From contig CM075994.1 of the NCBI GenBank assembly GCA_038087875.1, forward strand, positions 5,768,001-5,832,000: 64,000 nucleotides of DNA. Direction: 5' to 3'. This DNA comes from Malacoraja senta (lineage: Eukaryota). Within the stretch, counting starts at the first letter, position 1; every line of letters begins with the position of its first letter. Shown piece by piece: positions 36,816 to 49,320 of the stretch. The notes beneath the pieces were generated by a model that did not search any database, had not been told where the DNA came from, and worked only from the letters and a program-made list of their open reading frames with translations. A program made the position numbers and the translations under genes.

Positions 36816-38287
36816 CTAATAATTATCCATTTATCTTATTTTCCACTTTACGCGCATTCAATATCCTGCATGGCTAACATGCAAATGTTTGGTAAATAGT
36901 CCTGGCTTAGACAGGTCAAATTATCAGCTGGAGAATGTGCCTAACTTCCCCACCGACAGCAATTCCCTATTTTTCTCACCCCAACGCTAAAGACCATTGT
37001 GAAAATGAACGAAATGCGATCCTGAACTAAAACATAGATGGTTGGAACAGTTGGGGCGAAGAGAGAAAACAAAAATAACATTCCATGTTGACTAAGTTTA
37101 ATTACAACTGCAATTGTTGGGAACAAATCCTTTACACTGAAGAAAATGAGGTGCTATAAATTAAGAGTATTGGCAATCGTTAATTCTTAAAGATAAAATA
37201 TTCCGCTGGTTTCAGACCTACAGAAAGACAACGCAGATTGCTCCGACGAACGTGAGAAAAAAATCTTTCAGAATAACATATCCACATAATCAATAATATA
37301 TGGCGTTGGAAATGTAATCTGTAAAGGAATGAATGAGAAATAATGTGCTCCGCTGATCAATACAATTGATGAGTAAACTGTATCCATGAAAGGTTACGTT
37401 TGCCATCAACATTTTAAAAAGTAACATGTTTTGAAGAAATTGCACGATATTCCTTGAAACACAATGACTGCTAATTAAATGTTGCGAATGCTCTGATGGA
37501 TGGTAAACATATTTTCAGTGTCTTGAACTAAATCTGGTTGCCTGTTAATTTGTGATTTATTTTTTTGCATGGAATAAACAGTAGTTGAAAAGAGCGGAGG
37601 TAAATGTTTACATTAATGAAAATGCGAATGTAATAATTTTAAATGAAAGGAAACATTGATATGGCCCCAATGCGCACGGGATGCGTGCGCACATGTGAAA
37701 GTGCACACGGGAGAAATAACAATAAGGCCCTGAAACAACAATTTTCAATAGTTGCCTCAATGTTTCTCAATTTGCACATTTACCTACCTCCCTCCCCGCC
37801 CCCTTCCGTGATAAAATTATCTTTAATATCTAAATATCTTAATTGAATATTTGTCTGTGCAACTTTCTCCTGCAAAAACATCCAGCTGTTAATCACACAG
37901 ATGCTCTCTCGAAATATTTGTGCAAATTTCTAAATTCTTGTGTCGTTGCTTTTCTACCTAACTGTTTCTAACTCCATACCCATCCATCTAGTTTGCAGTC
38001 CATGCATTGAGTTGAAGCTACAGCTATAATGCAATCGCCGAAGCAGCACTCCCTTGTTGTATCTCCCTTGTCATCTGCCACCGTTGGAAAGAAATATATG
38101 CAGATGCAAGGTTTCGGATCAATAAATGTAGAAAGCACATGGTGAAGAGGTCAAATAACTATTTATTAAAGCAAAATACAAGTGACGCACAGAAAAAATA
38201 TCAACTGTCAATAAAGTAAAATACAAAATAACAGGTCTCTCGCCACTTTGCCTATTCGAGTCTCCTGTCCGCTGTCACCAAGCTCGC

Positions 38288-38586
<299 letters not shown>

Positions 38587-40206
38587 GAAGATGCTCGTGA
38601 TCTCATGGTAGAAGCATATATTTTCATAATAATGTTATCTCTAAGAACAACAGGTTATTTCATGGATACAATTTACTCACCAGCTGTGTCAAACTAGCTG
38701 CATCCTTTGGTACCATAATGGCGTGAGATATGTATCCTATCAGACACCGAGTCCGATTCGGTTGTCTTTGCGAAAGCAAAGCTTATCTTAGTGACCTTCC
38801 AGGTATCCTCGGGATTTACTGGTGCCTTTGAATTAGCATAAGCATTCTTCGAAAACAACTACTTGTTTATCCTAAGCAGGGTTGGAAATGCGGCTGACAA
38901 CTCAATTATAGCTGTCATAGTCTATTTAATCCTTGCATTACAACGGTTCGCTGTAAACATTTGTTGTGAACAAAGTGGACATATATCATTGATTGACCTG
39001 AACAAGTACCCCTTCGTAGATGCAATTTCTTGATCTCCTCTGGTCTTAGTTATAACTTTTAGCAAGGAAACGTTCAACATCTCTATATTAATCACGTGTA
39101 ATCGAATAAAGTACATCTCCAAACTCCGCGTGTTGCGTTACCTGTAATATGTGTATATTCAGAGTATTGGTTTATTATTCGGATGTCGTTTTCTGGGCAA
39201 GAACATGAATATGTTATCGTTGGAAGGATTTATTCCAAGTGTCTGCTGAAGCTTTCTTACTGTAAATGAGCACAGCAGTATGCAGATTCTTTCATCATTA
39301 TAAACAATACAACACTGTCAGGCATTATCGTCCATCTCAGTTACTGTTCATTTTTCTTGGTTTGGATTAACTATCATACTTTGTATTGAATCACAATTTC
39401 ACAATCTGCTCATGTTTTCTAAAATGTCTATTATATTTTTATTGAAAACGCACAATGCCGTCAATTTCAGAACATGGTTGGATGCTAAGCCGTTGGGATC
39501 AATCGGTGGGGGAAACCATATTTCTGGCTGAGCCACAATCTTACACGCTACTTCATATATCTACCGATTTCCTGAATAAATCAACATATTATTGGAAGAT
39601 AATTCCGCAAAGTATAATCATAGTAGGAATAGTCAATATATCATGATCAATTGCTTCAAGTTTTCGAGCACATTTAACGCAATGCAAAGTCGACAGTGTT
39701 TTAAGGAATTGTCTCAACAATTCATAAGCAGATAATGCTGCAGACGTCTACATATTTGTTTAAAGATGTATGCATGCATATAGGGACATATATATAGGGA
39801 AATGTGGCATCCGTACTCATACGCAATCAGTTGCAAACAATTTCGCTGATATAAATTATACATACACCAATTCAATTACTTGTTTTTTTTCCTCTATTTC
39901 GTTTCTTACATGATAAACCTATTCACTTAGAAGTCACTACCAATGCCCTTGTGTTTTGACATTTGACTTTTTCTCCCCATATACCCATTGAGCAACCTAT
40001 TAAAATGTTGTTCTATTATCATCACTAGCTCTCATATTCATCATGACAACTGGGCATTTCCACTTCCGTTCCATGTTCATTTCCTGTGCAATAGAGTTGT
40101 CGTTAACCCTGTCAGTGGACTGCCATTGTAGACTTGGCAACTGCAATGTTATGACATTACAGAGAAGAACATATGTCATTGTCACGGCTATGCTTATGGT
40201 TACATA

Positions 40207-41331
40207 TTGTCATTAGAAACGGGAATAGTGCGGGAGGATTGGCGTACTGCGCATGTTGTTCCGTTGCTTAAAAAGGGTTCTAAGAGTAAACCTAGCAATT
40301 ATAGACCTGTTAGTTTGACGTCAGTGGTGGGCAAATTAATGGAAAGGATACTTAAAGATAATATATATAAGCATCTGGATAAGCAGGGTCTGATTAGGAA
40401 CAGTCAACATGGATTTGTGCCTGGAAGGTCATGTTTGACTAATCTTCTAGAATTTTTCGAAGAGGTTACTAGGGAAATTGATGAGGGTAAACCAGTGGAT
40501 GTTGTCTATATGGACTTCAGTAAGGCCTTTGACAAGGTTCCTCATGGAAGGTTGGTTAAGAAGATTCAATTCTTGGGTATTAATGGTGGAGTAGCAAGAT
40601 GGATTCAACAGTGGCTGAATGGGAGATGCCAGAGAGTAATGGTGGATGGCTGTTTGTCAGGTTGGAGGCCGGTGACTAGTGGGGTGCCTCACGGGTCTGT
40701 GTTGGGTCCACTGTTGTTTGTCATGTACATCAATGACCTGGATGATGGTGTGGAAAATTGGATTAGTAAGTATGCAGATGATACTAAGATAGGTGGTGTG
40801 GTGGATAATGAAGTAGATTTTCAAAGTCTACAGAGAGATTTAGGCCATTTGGAAGAGTGGGCTGAAAGATGGCAGATGCAGTTTAATGCTGATAAATGTG
40901 AGGTACTACATCTCGGCAGGACAAATCAAAATAGGACGTACATGGGAAATGGTAGAGAATTGAGGAATGCAGTTGAACAGAGGGATCTAGGAATAACTGT
41001 GCATACTTCCCTGAAGGTGGAATCTCATGTAGATAGGGTGGTAAAGAAAGCTTTTGGGGTGCTGGCGTTTATAAATCAGAGCATTGAATATAGAAGTTGG
41101 GATGTAATGTTAAAATTGTACAAGGCATTGGTGAGGCCAATTCTGGAGTATGGAGTACAATTTTGGTCGCCTAATTATAGGAAGGATGTCAACAAAATAG
41201 AGAGAGTACAGAGGAGATTTACTAGAATGTTGCCTGGGTTTCAGCAACTAAGTTACAGAGAAAGGTTGCACGTTAGGTCTTTATTCTTTGGAGCGCAGAA
41301 GGTTAAGAGGGGACTTGATAGAGGTCTTTAA
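40207..41331 (+). pseudogene. CR1 ORF2 RT domain, 374 aa open, frameshift near 41272
   Basis: NYRPVSLTSVVGK, DFSKAFDKVPH, SGVPHGSVLGP, KYADDTK; endonuclease missing through truncation. Confidence 0.95.
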
Positions 41332-41723
41332 AATTATGAGCCGGTTAGACAGAGTTGACGTGGATAAGCTTTTTCCATTGAGAGTAGGGAAGATTCAAAC
41401 AAGGGGACATGACTTGAGAATTAAGGGATAGAAGTTTAGGGGTAACATTAGGGGGAACTTCTTTACTCAGAGAGTGGTAGCTGTGTGGAATGAGCTTCCA
41501 GTGGAAGTGGTGGAGGCTGGTTCGATTTTATCGTTTAAAAATAGATTTGATGGGTATATGGACGGGAAAGTAATGGAGGGTTATGGTCTGAGTGCAGGTA
41601 GATGGGACTAGGGGGAAGTATTTATTTAAAAAAAAAAAAAAATATTCGGCACGGACTTGAAGGGCCGAGATGGCCTGTTTCCGTGCTGTAATGGTTATAT
41701 GGTTATATGGTTATATGGTTATA
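40207..41723 (+). mobile_element. Young 5'-truncated CR1 LINE with (TTATATGG)n tail
   Basis: RT ORF plus 3' UTR; 8-bp tail repeats at ~41691-41723. Confidence 0.95.
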
Positions 41724-42067
41724 TTACCAGGTCAGTTTCTTGTCACATGTACCAATTAAGATACAGTGACATTCTATTTACGATACAGCCATACTAAATA
41801 AAGCAACAAGACACACAACTACATAAGTTAACATATACAACCGCCACAGTGCATTTATGGTGATGTTCAAGTTCACATAGTGAGGATTTAGAATCTCAGA
41901 GTGAGACCTTTCGTTCTCTTTCATATCTGTCTTTTTAAAACAGAATTGTGACGTTTTTGCTGCAATATGAAAATGCAATTTTCAATGAAGAAAAAAATAG
42001 AATATTCCAGCATCTGCAGTTCCTTCTCTAACACTTTGTCTACTCCACTGCGAAATCTCGTCAAGGT

Positions 42068-43800
42068 ATGCCTACTTTGAAGAAGTTCTCCTCCTCTCTC
42101 CGGAGACTGTTCCACAACCAACTCTCAAACTGCCCCATCTCTGTGACCCCCCTGCCCTCCAACTCTACGACCACATCCTTACCCAAACTCGATACCATAG
42201 CCACATCTGCTTCCTCTGGGCATGCCTGCGCCTCCATCTCATACCTCATGGCTTCCAGCTCCAGTTCCCTACCTCCCAGTTCGGACCCCAGCCGGACTAT
42301 CGGTACCGACTGGCTATCTACCGGCATACCCAACAATTCTCCACCCGGGCACTGAGATCCACTCTGACTGCGATGCGCCGGCACCAGCAGGACCTCGCAT
42401 TGACCCTCCCGGAACTTCGGGCCTCACTCACCCAGACCTGCAACGGTCCTCAACTATACTTTATCCGCCGGAAGATCCACCTCTTCAATAAAAGATTCCT
42501 GGCCCACCTCAACTCCACCAAGTACCTTAAATTATCCCGCCTCCAGGCCGCTCCCGCCGCCGACTCTCCGCGACTCGACCGCCCGCAGGCTCCGGGCCCC
42601 AACTCCGGCCTACATCGCCTGCCCGAGTCCCGCGACGCCATCTTGTCCACGGGGAGCGCCTCCAGTACTCACCAGGACGCCGCCTACACCGACCTCCACG
42701 TCGATGCTGCCGCCGACCTTCACCTGCCTACCGATGACGCCCAGCCTCGCCGCTTCTAGGGTAACTCGGACTTCCTCCCCCTCGCCGATTCCTCCGAATC
42801 TCGCCGCCCCCCGGGACCTCCCAACATCATCGCCGCACCGGGCCCATCCGACATCGCCGTCGCACTGGGCCTACCGAACATCACAGCCGCACCCGGTCCT
42901 CCTAACATCGCCGCCGGACCGGGCCGATCCAGCATCGCCGCCGGACCGGTCCTACTCTACACGACCGCCGGACCGGGGCTATCCAAACATGGCCGGCGCA
43001 CCGCACCCTATTCACCCCGTCGCCTCACCGGGCTGGGCGAACCGCGCCGCCCCACCGACCATCCGCCTACCGGGACCTCCCAAGCATCGCCCGTAAACCC
43101 CGACTCTACTGCCCACGGACCCCGACCATCGGGTCCGCCGACCCTCGCCACTGCAACGCCCCCCAGCCCCCCCGACTCCACTGCCCGAGGACTCCTACCG
43201 TCGGGTCCGCCGACCCTCGCCATTGCACCTCCCTCCAGCAGCCCGCAGCCGTCGCCTCACCTGCAGACTGGTCTCTGTACTGGGCCTGAAGCCTCCACGC
43301 TGCTCACTCCCACTCTCCTGGGTTTGACCCCACTGGGTCCTAGCGCTAGTCTGCCTAACCCTGGTTACCTCAGTGGCAGTTCCACTGATTCTTCCCCATC
43401 CCTCTCCAACTATGGGACCACTTCTCTTCCACACCCAAACTACAGCCCTCTCACCCCCCACCCCCTGAACACCCACCACCCCCCCCCCCCCACCACACAT
43501 CGCCTCGTCCCCATTCCACCCACCTGCCGTCCTCCGGCCCCAACCCCCATCCCTGCCGGTGTTCACCATCCCCCCCGACCTCCCCCTCTCCGACATCGAA
43601 CGGTCTGTCCTCAGCAGAGGTCTTACCTTTGTCCCCCTCCGTCCCCACCTCAATGAGTTCCGTGCCCTCCATGACTTGGAACGCTTCTACCGTCGCCTCC
43701 GCCTCACAGCTCACTTCCATGGGAAGGAGTCCTCGCTCCCCACTGGTGACCCCTTTTCCCGTCTCCAACGCACCCCCTCCTCATGGAACCCCCCCTCGTA
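42068..43800 (+). pseudogene. Penelope ORF N-terminal part, frameshifted
   Basis: HSHICFL..CLRLHLIPHGFQL motif (~42195-42265), ORF 42373-42759, Pro-rich repeats, and LSDIERSVLSRGLTFVP (43559-43801) shifted at a C-run into the RT frame. Confidence 0.75.
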
Positions 43801-45716
43801 GCCTTCCGGCTTTAGAACTCTTCATTCAAAACTGCCGCCGTGACATCAGCCGCCTCAACTTCTCCACTCCCCTGTCTCACTCCAATCTCTCCCCCCCTGA
43901 ACGCACTGCCATCGACTCACTCCGCAACAACCTAGATTGGGTTATCAAACCCGCCGACAAGGGAGGTGCCGTGGTAGTCTGGCGCGTGGATCTCTATAAA
44001 GCTGAGGCCACGCGCCAACTCTCGGACACCTCCTCCTACTTACCCCTGGACCATGACCCCACTGACGAGCAGCAGGCCATCATCTCCAGCACCATCACCG
44101 ACTTCATCCACTTCCACGCCCTGCCCGACCGAGCCTCCAACCTCATCGTTCCCCAGCCCCGCACAGCCCGCTTTTACCTTCTCCCCAAAATCCACAAACC
44201 TGACTGTCCCGGTAGACCCATTGTCTCTGCCTGTTCGTGCCCCACAGAACTCATCTCCACTTACCTCGACTCCATCCTATCCCCCTTGGTTAAATCCCTC
44301 CCTACGTATGTTCAAGACACCTCAGACACCCTCCGTCGTCTCCGCGCATTCCACTCTCTAGACCCTCACCCCCTCATCTTCACCATGGACGTCCAGTCAT
44401 TGTACACCTCCATCCCCCACCAGGATGGTCTCGAAGCCCTCCGTTTTTTCCTCGACCGTAGAAGCAACCTATACCCGGCCACTGACACCCTCCTCCGCCT
44501 AGCTGAGCTGGTCCTTACACTTAATAACTTTTCATTTGACTCCTCCCATTTCCTCCAAATACAAGGCGTAGCTATGGGCACACGCATGGGCCCCAGCTAC
44601 GCCTGCCTCTTTGTCGGGTACGTAGAACAATCCTTGTTCAATGCGTACCAGGGCCCCATCCCCGACCTCTACCTCCGCTTCATCGATGATTGTTTTGGTA
44701 CCACATCCTGCACCCACACACAACTGACTGACTTCATCCGCTTCACCACCAACTTCCATCCGGCACTCAAATACACCTGGACCATTTCCGACACTTCCCT
44801 ACCATTCCTTGACCTCACTATCGCCATCGAAGGTGATAGACTCCTTACCGACGTCCACTACAAACCAACCGACTCCCATTGCTATCTGGACTACACTTCT
44901 TCCCACCCTGCTTCCTGTAAGGACTCCATCCCCCACTCCCAATTCCTCCGTCTACGCCGCATCTGCTCCCAGGATGAGGCGTTCCACACCAGGGCATCTG
45001 AAATGTCCTCATTCTTCAGGGAACGGGGGTTCCCCTCCTCCACCATAGATGGGGCTCGCACCAGGGTCTCTGCCATACCCCGCAACACTGCTCTCTCTCC
45101 CCATCCCCCCACTCACAACAAGGGCAGAGTCCCCCTAGTCCTCACCTTTCACCCCACCAGCCGCCACATACAACAAGTGATCCTCCGTCAGTTTCGCCAC
45201 CTCCAGCGTGACCCCACCACTCGCCACATCTTCCCATCTCCACCCATGTCTGCCTTCCGCAAAGACCGCTCCCTCCGTAACTCCCTTGTCAATTCTTCCC
45301 TTCCCTCCCATACCACCCCCTCCCCTGGTACTTTCCCTTGCAACCGCAAGAGATGCAACACTTGTCCCTTCACCTCCCCCCTCGACTCCATTCAAGGACC
45401 CAAGCAGTCGTTCCAGGTGCGACAGAGGTTCACCTGCATCTCCTCCAACCTCATCTATTGCATCCGCTGCTCTAGATGCCAGCTGATCTACATCGGTGAG
45501 ACCAAGCGGAGGCTTGGCGATCGTTTCGCTGAACACCTCCGGTCGGTCCGCAATAACCAACTTGACCACCCGGTGGCTCAGCACTTCAACTCCCCCTCCC
45601 ATTCCGTATCTGACCTCTCTGTCCTGGGTCTCCTCCATGGCCACAGCGAGCAACACCGTAAATTGGAGGAAATGCACCTCATATTCCGCTTGGGCAGTCT
45701 ACATCCTGGGGGTTGA
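43629..45716 (+). CDS. Penelope reverse transcriptase + GIY-YIG endonuclease (true homology from ~43797; last codons frameshifted, stop ~45742)
   Basis: IKPADKGGAVVV, FYLLPKIHK..PGRPIVS, MDVQSLYTSI, QGVAMGTRMGP, RFIDD, LPFLDL, NLIYCIRC..C..IYIGET.R.L..RF.EH. Confidence 0.93.
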   Translation: MSPSVPTSMSSVPSMTWNASTVASASQLTSMGRSPRSPLVTPFPVSNAPPPHGTPPRSLPALELFIQNCRRDISRLNFSTPLSHSNLSPPERTAIDSLRNNLDWVIKPADKGGAVVVWRVDLYKAEATRQLSDTSSYLPLDHDPTDEQQAIISSTITDFIHFHALPDRASNLIVPQPRTARFYLLPKIHKPDCPGRPIVSACSCPTELISTYLDSILSPLVKSLPTYVQDTSDTLRRLRAFHSLDPHPLIFTMDVQSLYTSIPHQDGLEALRFFLDRRSNLYPATDTLLRLAELVLTLNNFSFDSSHFLQIQGVAMGTRMGPSYACLFVGYVEQSLFNAYQGPIPDLYLRFIDDCFGTTSCTHTQLTDFIRFTTNFHPALKYTWTISDTSLPFLDLTIAIEGDRLLTDVHYKPTDSHCYLDYTSSHPASCKDSIPHSQFLRLRRICSQDEAFHTRASEMSSFFRERGFPSSTIDGARTRVSAIPRNTALSPHPPTHNKGRVPLVLTFHPTSRHIQQVILRQFRHLQRDPTTRHIFPSPPMSAFRKDRSLRNSLVNSSLPSHTTPSPGTFPCNRKRCNTCPFTSPLDSIQGPKQSFQVRQRFTCISSNLIYCIRCSRCQLIYIGETKRRLGDRFAEHLRSVRNNQLDHPVAQHFNSPSHSVSDLSVLGLLHGHSEQHRKLEEMHLIFRLGSLHPGG

Positions 45717-45859
45717 ACATTGAATTCTCCCAATTCTGCTAGCCCTTGCTGTCCCCTCCCCTTCATCAGCCCTCTGGTTGTCTCCTCCCCTCCCCCAGCC
45801 CTCAGGCTCCTCCTCCGCCTTTTTCCTTTTTTCCTTTCTTCTCCCCACCCCCTATCAGT

Positions 45860-45887
45860 CTGAAGAAGGGTTTCGGCCCGAAACGTT
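45860..45887 (+). ncRNA. Minimal type-I hammerhead ribozyme motif in the Penelope 3' terminal repeat
   Basis: CUGAAGA-A-GGGU(UUCG)GCCC-GAAAC-GUU; self-complementary loopless stem III (AACGUU); stem I weak. Confidence 0.7.
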
Positions 45888-46419
45888 GCCTATTTCCTTC
45901 GCTCCATAGATGCTGCTGCACCCGCTGAGTTTCTCCAGCATTTTTGTGTACCTTCGATTTTCCAGCATCTGCAGTTCCATCTTTAACAGAATATTTCGTG
46001 TGTTTTGCTGCTTTTAAGTCTTTTCGACATATTGAATACTTAATAAATAATCACAAAAGCTTCCCTGTGTGCACTGATTCCAACTGTATTTGTCAGAGCG
46101 TCCATCGTTTTTTTGTCTCGGCGACCTACTTTGTTAGTTACGATTTGGAACTTCGATATCAAATAGATTGCATTTAACGTTGAACTACGTGACATTTCTT
46201 GCAGAAATAGAGAAATTAAAACGTGCCCAGCGAGATGCAGGTGTGCAATAATAAATTCCCATTTTGCATCCACGACTCTTGACAATAGAATATGTTCTCA
46301 CGTTCCTATGATGCATTTGATATTTTCATTAATATTCATATGTCTCGCTTTCACGAAATAGCCATTGGTCTTAACGTTTGAAGTGTTAGTCTAGGTATCT
46401 TAAGGAAAGACTAATGAAA

Positions 46420-46645
46420 AAATATCAATCACCGCCTGAAAAATTACCCGATAACGTCTATGCAAACGAATTCCACATATTCACGGGCCACTTTCCAAAT
46501 AAATTTCGCATCATCTCCATTCTAAAGGTACGTCCTTTTATTCTCAGGCTACGACCCCGGGACATAGACTTTCCCACTAATTGAAATATCCTCTCCACAT
46601 CGACTTTACCTGGGCCTTTCATGATTCGGTAGGTTTCATTGAGAT
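46420..46645 (-). mobile_element. Old CR1 3' fragment
   Basis: Minus ORF DLNETYRIMKG..VDVERIF..RGRSLRIKGR. Confidence 0.8.
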
Positions 46646-47954
46646 CCTCCGGAATATCACGGAGGAAATGCGTCAACGTCCACTCTGGCAGAGCGTTCCG
46701 GATTCCAATCGTGATAGAATGTGTGATAAAAGTGTTCCTCTGATCTCTTCTATATCTTCCTCCCCCGTACTTTAAGTCGGTAACCCCTGGTTGAAGACAC
46801 CTCTGCTACGAAGATTGTTTATGTTAACTCATTCTCATTATTAACATGTGCCCCTTCTTCTATTTATACATTACGTTCACGTCTGTGTTCACTGATAGAT
46901 ATGCTGAGGTGGATAGATACGGTATCTTGTTCTATTCTAAAATAAAATAACGTCAGCATTTCAACTTTTTATTAAGCAATGTTAACTGTCAATAAAGCTC
47001 AAAATTATTATATGATATCCGAAGTCTTTGGATCGTTACATGTTTTGAATTCGTGCATTATGATTTTGGTGCTGGCGGATTTTCAATCGTTTCTATTTTT
47101 TAATTCCCAGAGCATCTCGCCACTTTAAATGCGGAAGGTAAATAAACACCATATTTATTAAAAGGCATTGCTCGTCTAAGGCTTTCTGTGGGCCTATTAA
47201 AAACGTTGAAGTTTATTATTGTCTGATTCCTTAAACCACCATCATCATATTGTGAGGCGTGTTGATGGGGAGTTTCGATATTTTTATTAGTGATTTCAGA
47301 AGTTTGGTTTGTGTTTTATTCATTTACGGCAAAGATAGAGGGCATTTGGCTCATTGTCCATGGCATCTCATATTTATTTATTTGTCCTATTTATTTAATT
47401 GCAACCGATTTTCTCTCACACCCCCATGAGAGGCCGTTCAGTTCTCCAACAAATCTTCAAGTAATTTCCAGTCTCCAATAAAACTACGGATCAGAATGTA
47501 TTCGGGACGAAATCTTAGCAATCATCACGAAACCGACGTGGGTTGGAATGGGACGCGTAAGCTCGATATAGACATTCCACAGCTAGGGATAGATCGGGCC
47601 GGTGAAACTGTGAGGCAGCCCCTTCAATTTTAAGAATATTAATTGACAATAATTGTTTGGCAGCCAGTCAGAAAGGGTATCATCTACAATGATTACCGAG
47701 CGACTGATGTTTTGAATATCTAAGATATTCAAACCATTGAAATAGTACTATCTTCATAAACCGCTGAAATCCTTGTAGGTTTTATCGGGGCAGGATTTCC
47801 AGCATTGGGGGATATTCGCGCGCGTGTTTAAGTGTATGTTTGTGCGCGTATGCTTGTTTATGTGTAAAGCTACAGGTAATAGTGCTCCCAGATGCTGACT
47901 GCACTTGTCATTCCCTGTGGTGGGTACTCTTGATTAGTGCTTGCTCTCCGCGGC

Positions 47955-48432
47955 AACCAATTCAGCCACTGATCCCAGGATTTGGTAGGTTAACATATGA
48001 TGAGCGTTTGGCGGCACTGGGGCTGGACTCGCTGGAGTTTAGAAGAATTACGAAGGACCTCATTGAAGCATACAGAATAGAGAAAGGCTTGGATAGAGTG
48101 GATGTGGAGAGGATGTTTACAGCAGTGGGAGAGGTCATAGTCTCAGAATTAAAGGACGTTCTTTGAGGAAGGAGATGAGGAAACAATTATTTAGTCAGTG
48201 GGTGGAGAACCTGTGGAATTATTTGCCACAGAATGCTGTAGAGGCCTAGTCATTGGATATTTTTAAGGCAGAGAGATATATATTCTTGATTGGTACTGGT
48301 GTCAGAGGTTATGGGGAGAATGCAGGAAAAGGTGGTTAGGAGGGAGAGATAGATCAGCCATGATTGAATGGCGGAGTAGACTTGATGAGCCGAATGGCCT
48401 AATTCCACTCCTATTCCTTATGATCTTATGTC
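47955..48432 (+). mobile_element. CR1 3' fragment
   Basis: LIPG..LTYDERL..LGL.SLEFRR..DLIE.Y; TTATGATC-type tail. Confidence 0.85.
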
Positions 48433-48609
48433 CTTTTGACTGTGCGGTGGAGCTGGAGGGAATGTTTTGAACGTGCGGTGAGATAGCGATCATATGACCA
48501 ACGTTTCAAACGTTTTTATGTTCCTGGCCTACATATGGCGAGAAGGCATATATCACTCTCTGCGTTTCGCTCACTGCAACATTGGATTCTGAACTAACAT
48601 ATTCATTGG

Positions 48610-49125
48610 AGAAAAGGTTTGTGGTGGAAGGTAGAGTTCTGCCTGGAGATCTGTGACCAGTAGATTTCAGCCGGGTCCCGTGATGGAACATCTGCTGTGT
48701 ATGGTATAGATTGCCTGGACGTAAATGTACATGGGTTGGTGACGCCCCGAAACTGGGAGGAGTTGCAGACAGTGATGATTTATGTCAGAAGATGCAGCGC
48801 GATGTAGACTAGGTGCTAAAATTGGCGGTGAAATAGAAGACGAAGTTTAACCCGAGCAAGTGTGGGGTGATGCGCGTTGGGAGGTTGAATGTAACGAGAG
48901 AGTATACAGTTAATGGCAAGAGAGTTGACAGCATTGATGTGCAGAGGGATCTTGGAGTCCAAGTTTATTGCCCACAGAATTAGATAAGGTGGTTAAGAAA
49001 GCCAATGGGATGCTTGGCCTCATTGCCAGGGGCTTTCGATATTAGCGCCAGGAAGTCATGATGCACCTCTCCGGGACTTTGGTTAGATCACATTGCAGTG
49101 TGCTGTACAGTTCTGGTCGCACCAT
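48610..49125 (+). mobile_element. Old CR1 RT fragment, left part (resumes at ~51182)
   Basis: FNPSKCGVM, QRDLGVQV, VQFWSHH at the break. Confidence 0.75.
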
Positions 49126-49320
49126 TAATAATAATAATAATAACTTTTATTTGTGGGCGCCTATACAAAAGTCTCAAGGACACCTTACAGAATTTAACAA
49201 AGAACATATAATCGGAGTAAAATAAGTTATAAAGACATCACCAATACGCAAATTAAAGACAGAACTGGATCCAAAGACGGGTTGGTGAGCAGCAAATACG
49301 TTTTTTTAACAGATTTGATG
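49126..49320 (-). mobile_element. LINE 3' end, L2-like, (TAA)n tail
   Basis: (AAT)n, TTTTATTTG, GGCGCCT...CTCAAGGACACCTTACAG resembles a reverse-complement L2 3' stem-loop. Confidence 0.55.

Larger units (their letters stand above)
42005..45988 (+). mobile_element. Near full-length Penelope-like element (GIY-YIG-containing)
   Basis: N-terminal domain, Pro-rich linker, RT, GIY-YIG, 3' terminal repeat; ~29-bp direct repeat TTCCAGCATCTGCAGTTCC.TCT.TAACA at both ends (42005, 45960). Confidence 0.93.

Noticed and set aside
37668..37810. TGCGCA motifs and CCCCGCCCC GC box as a host promoter
   Set aside because: Isolated short motifs in AT-rich DNA with no CpG island or linked exon.
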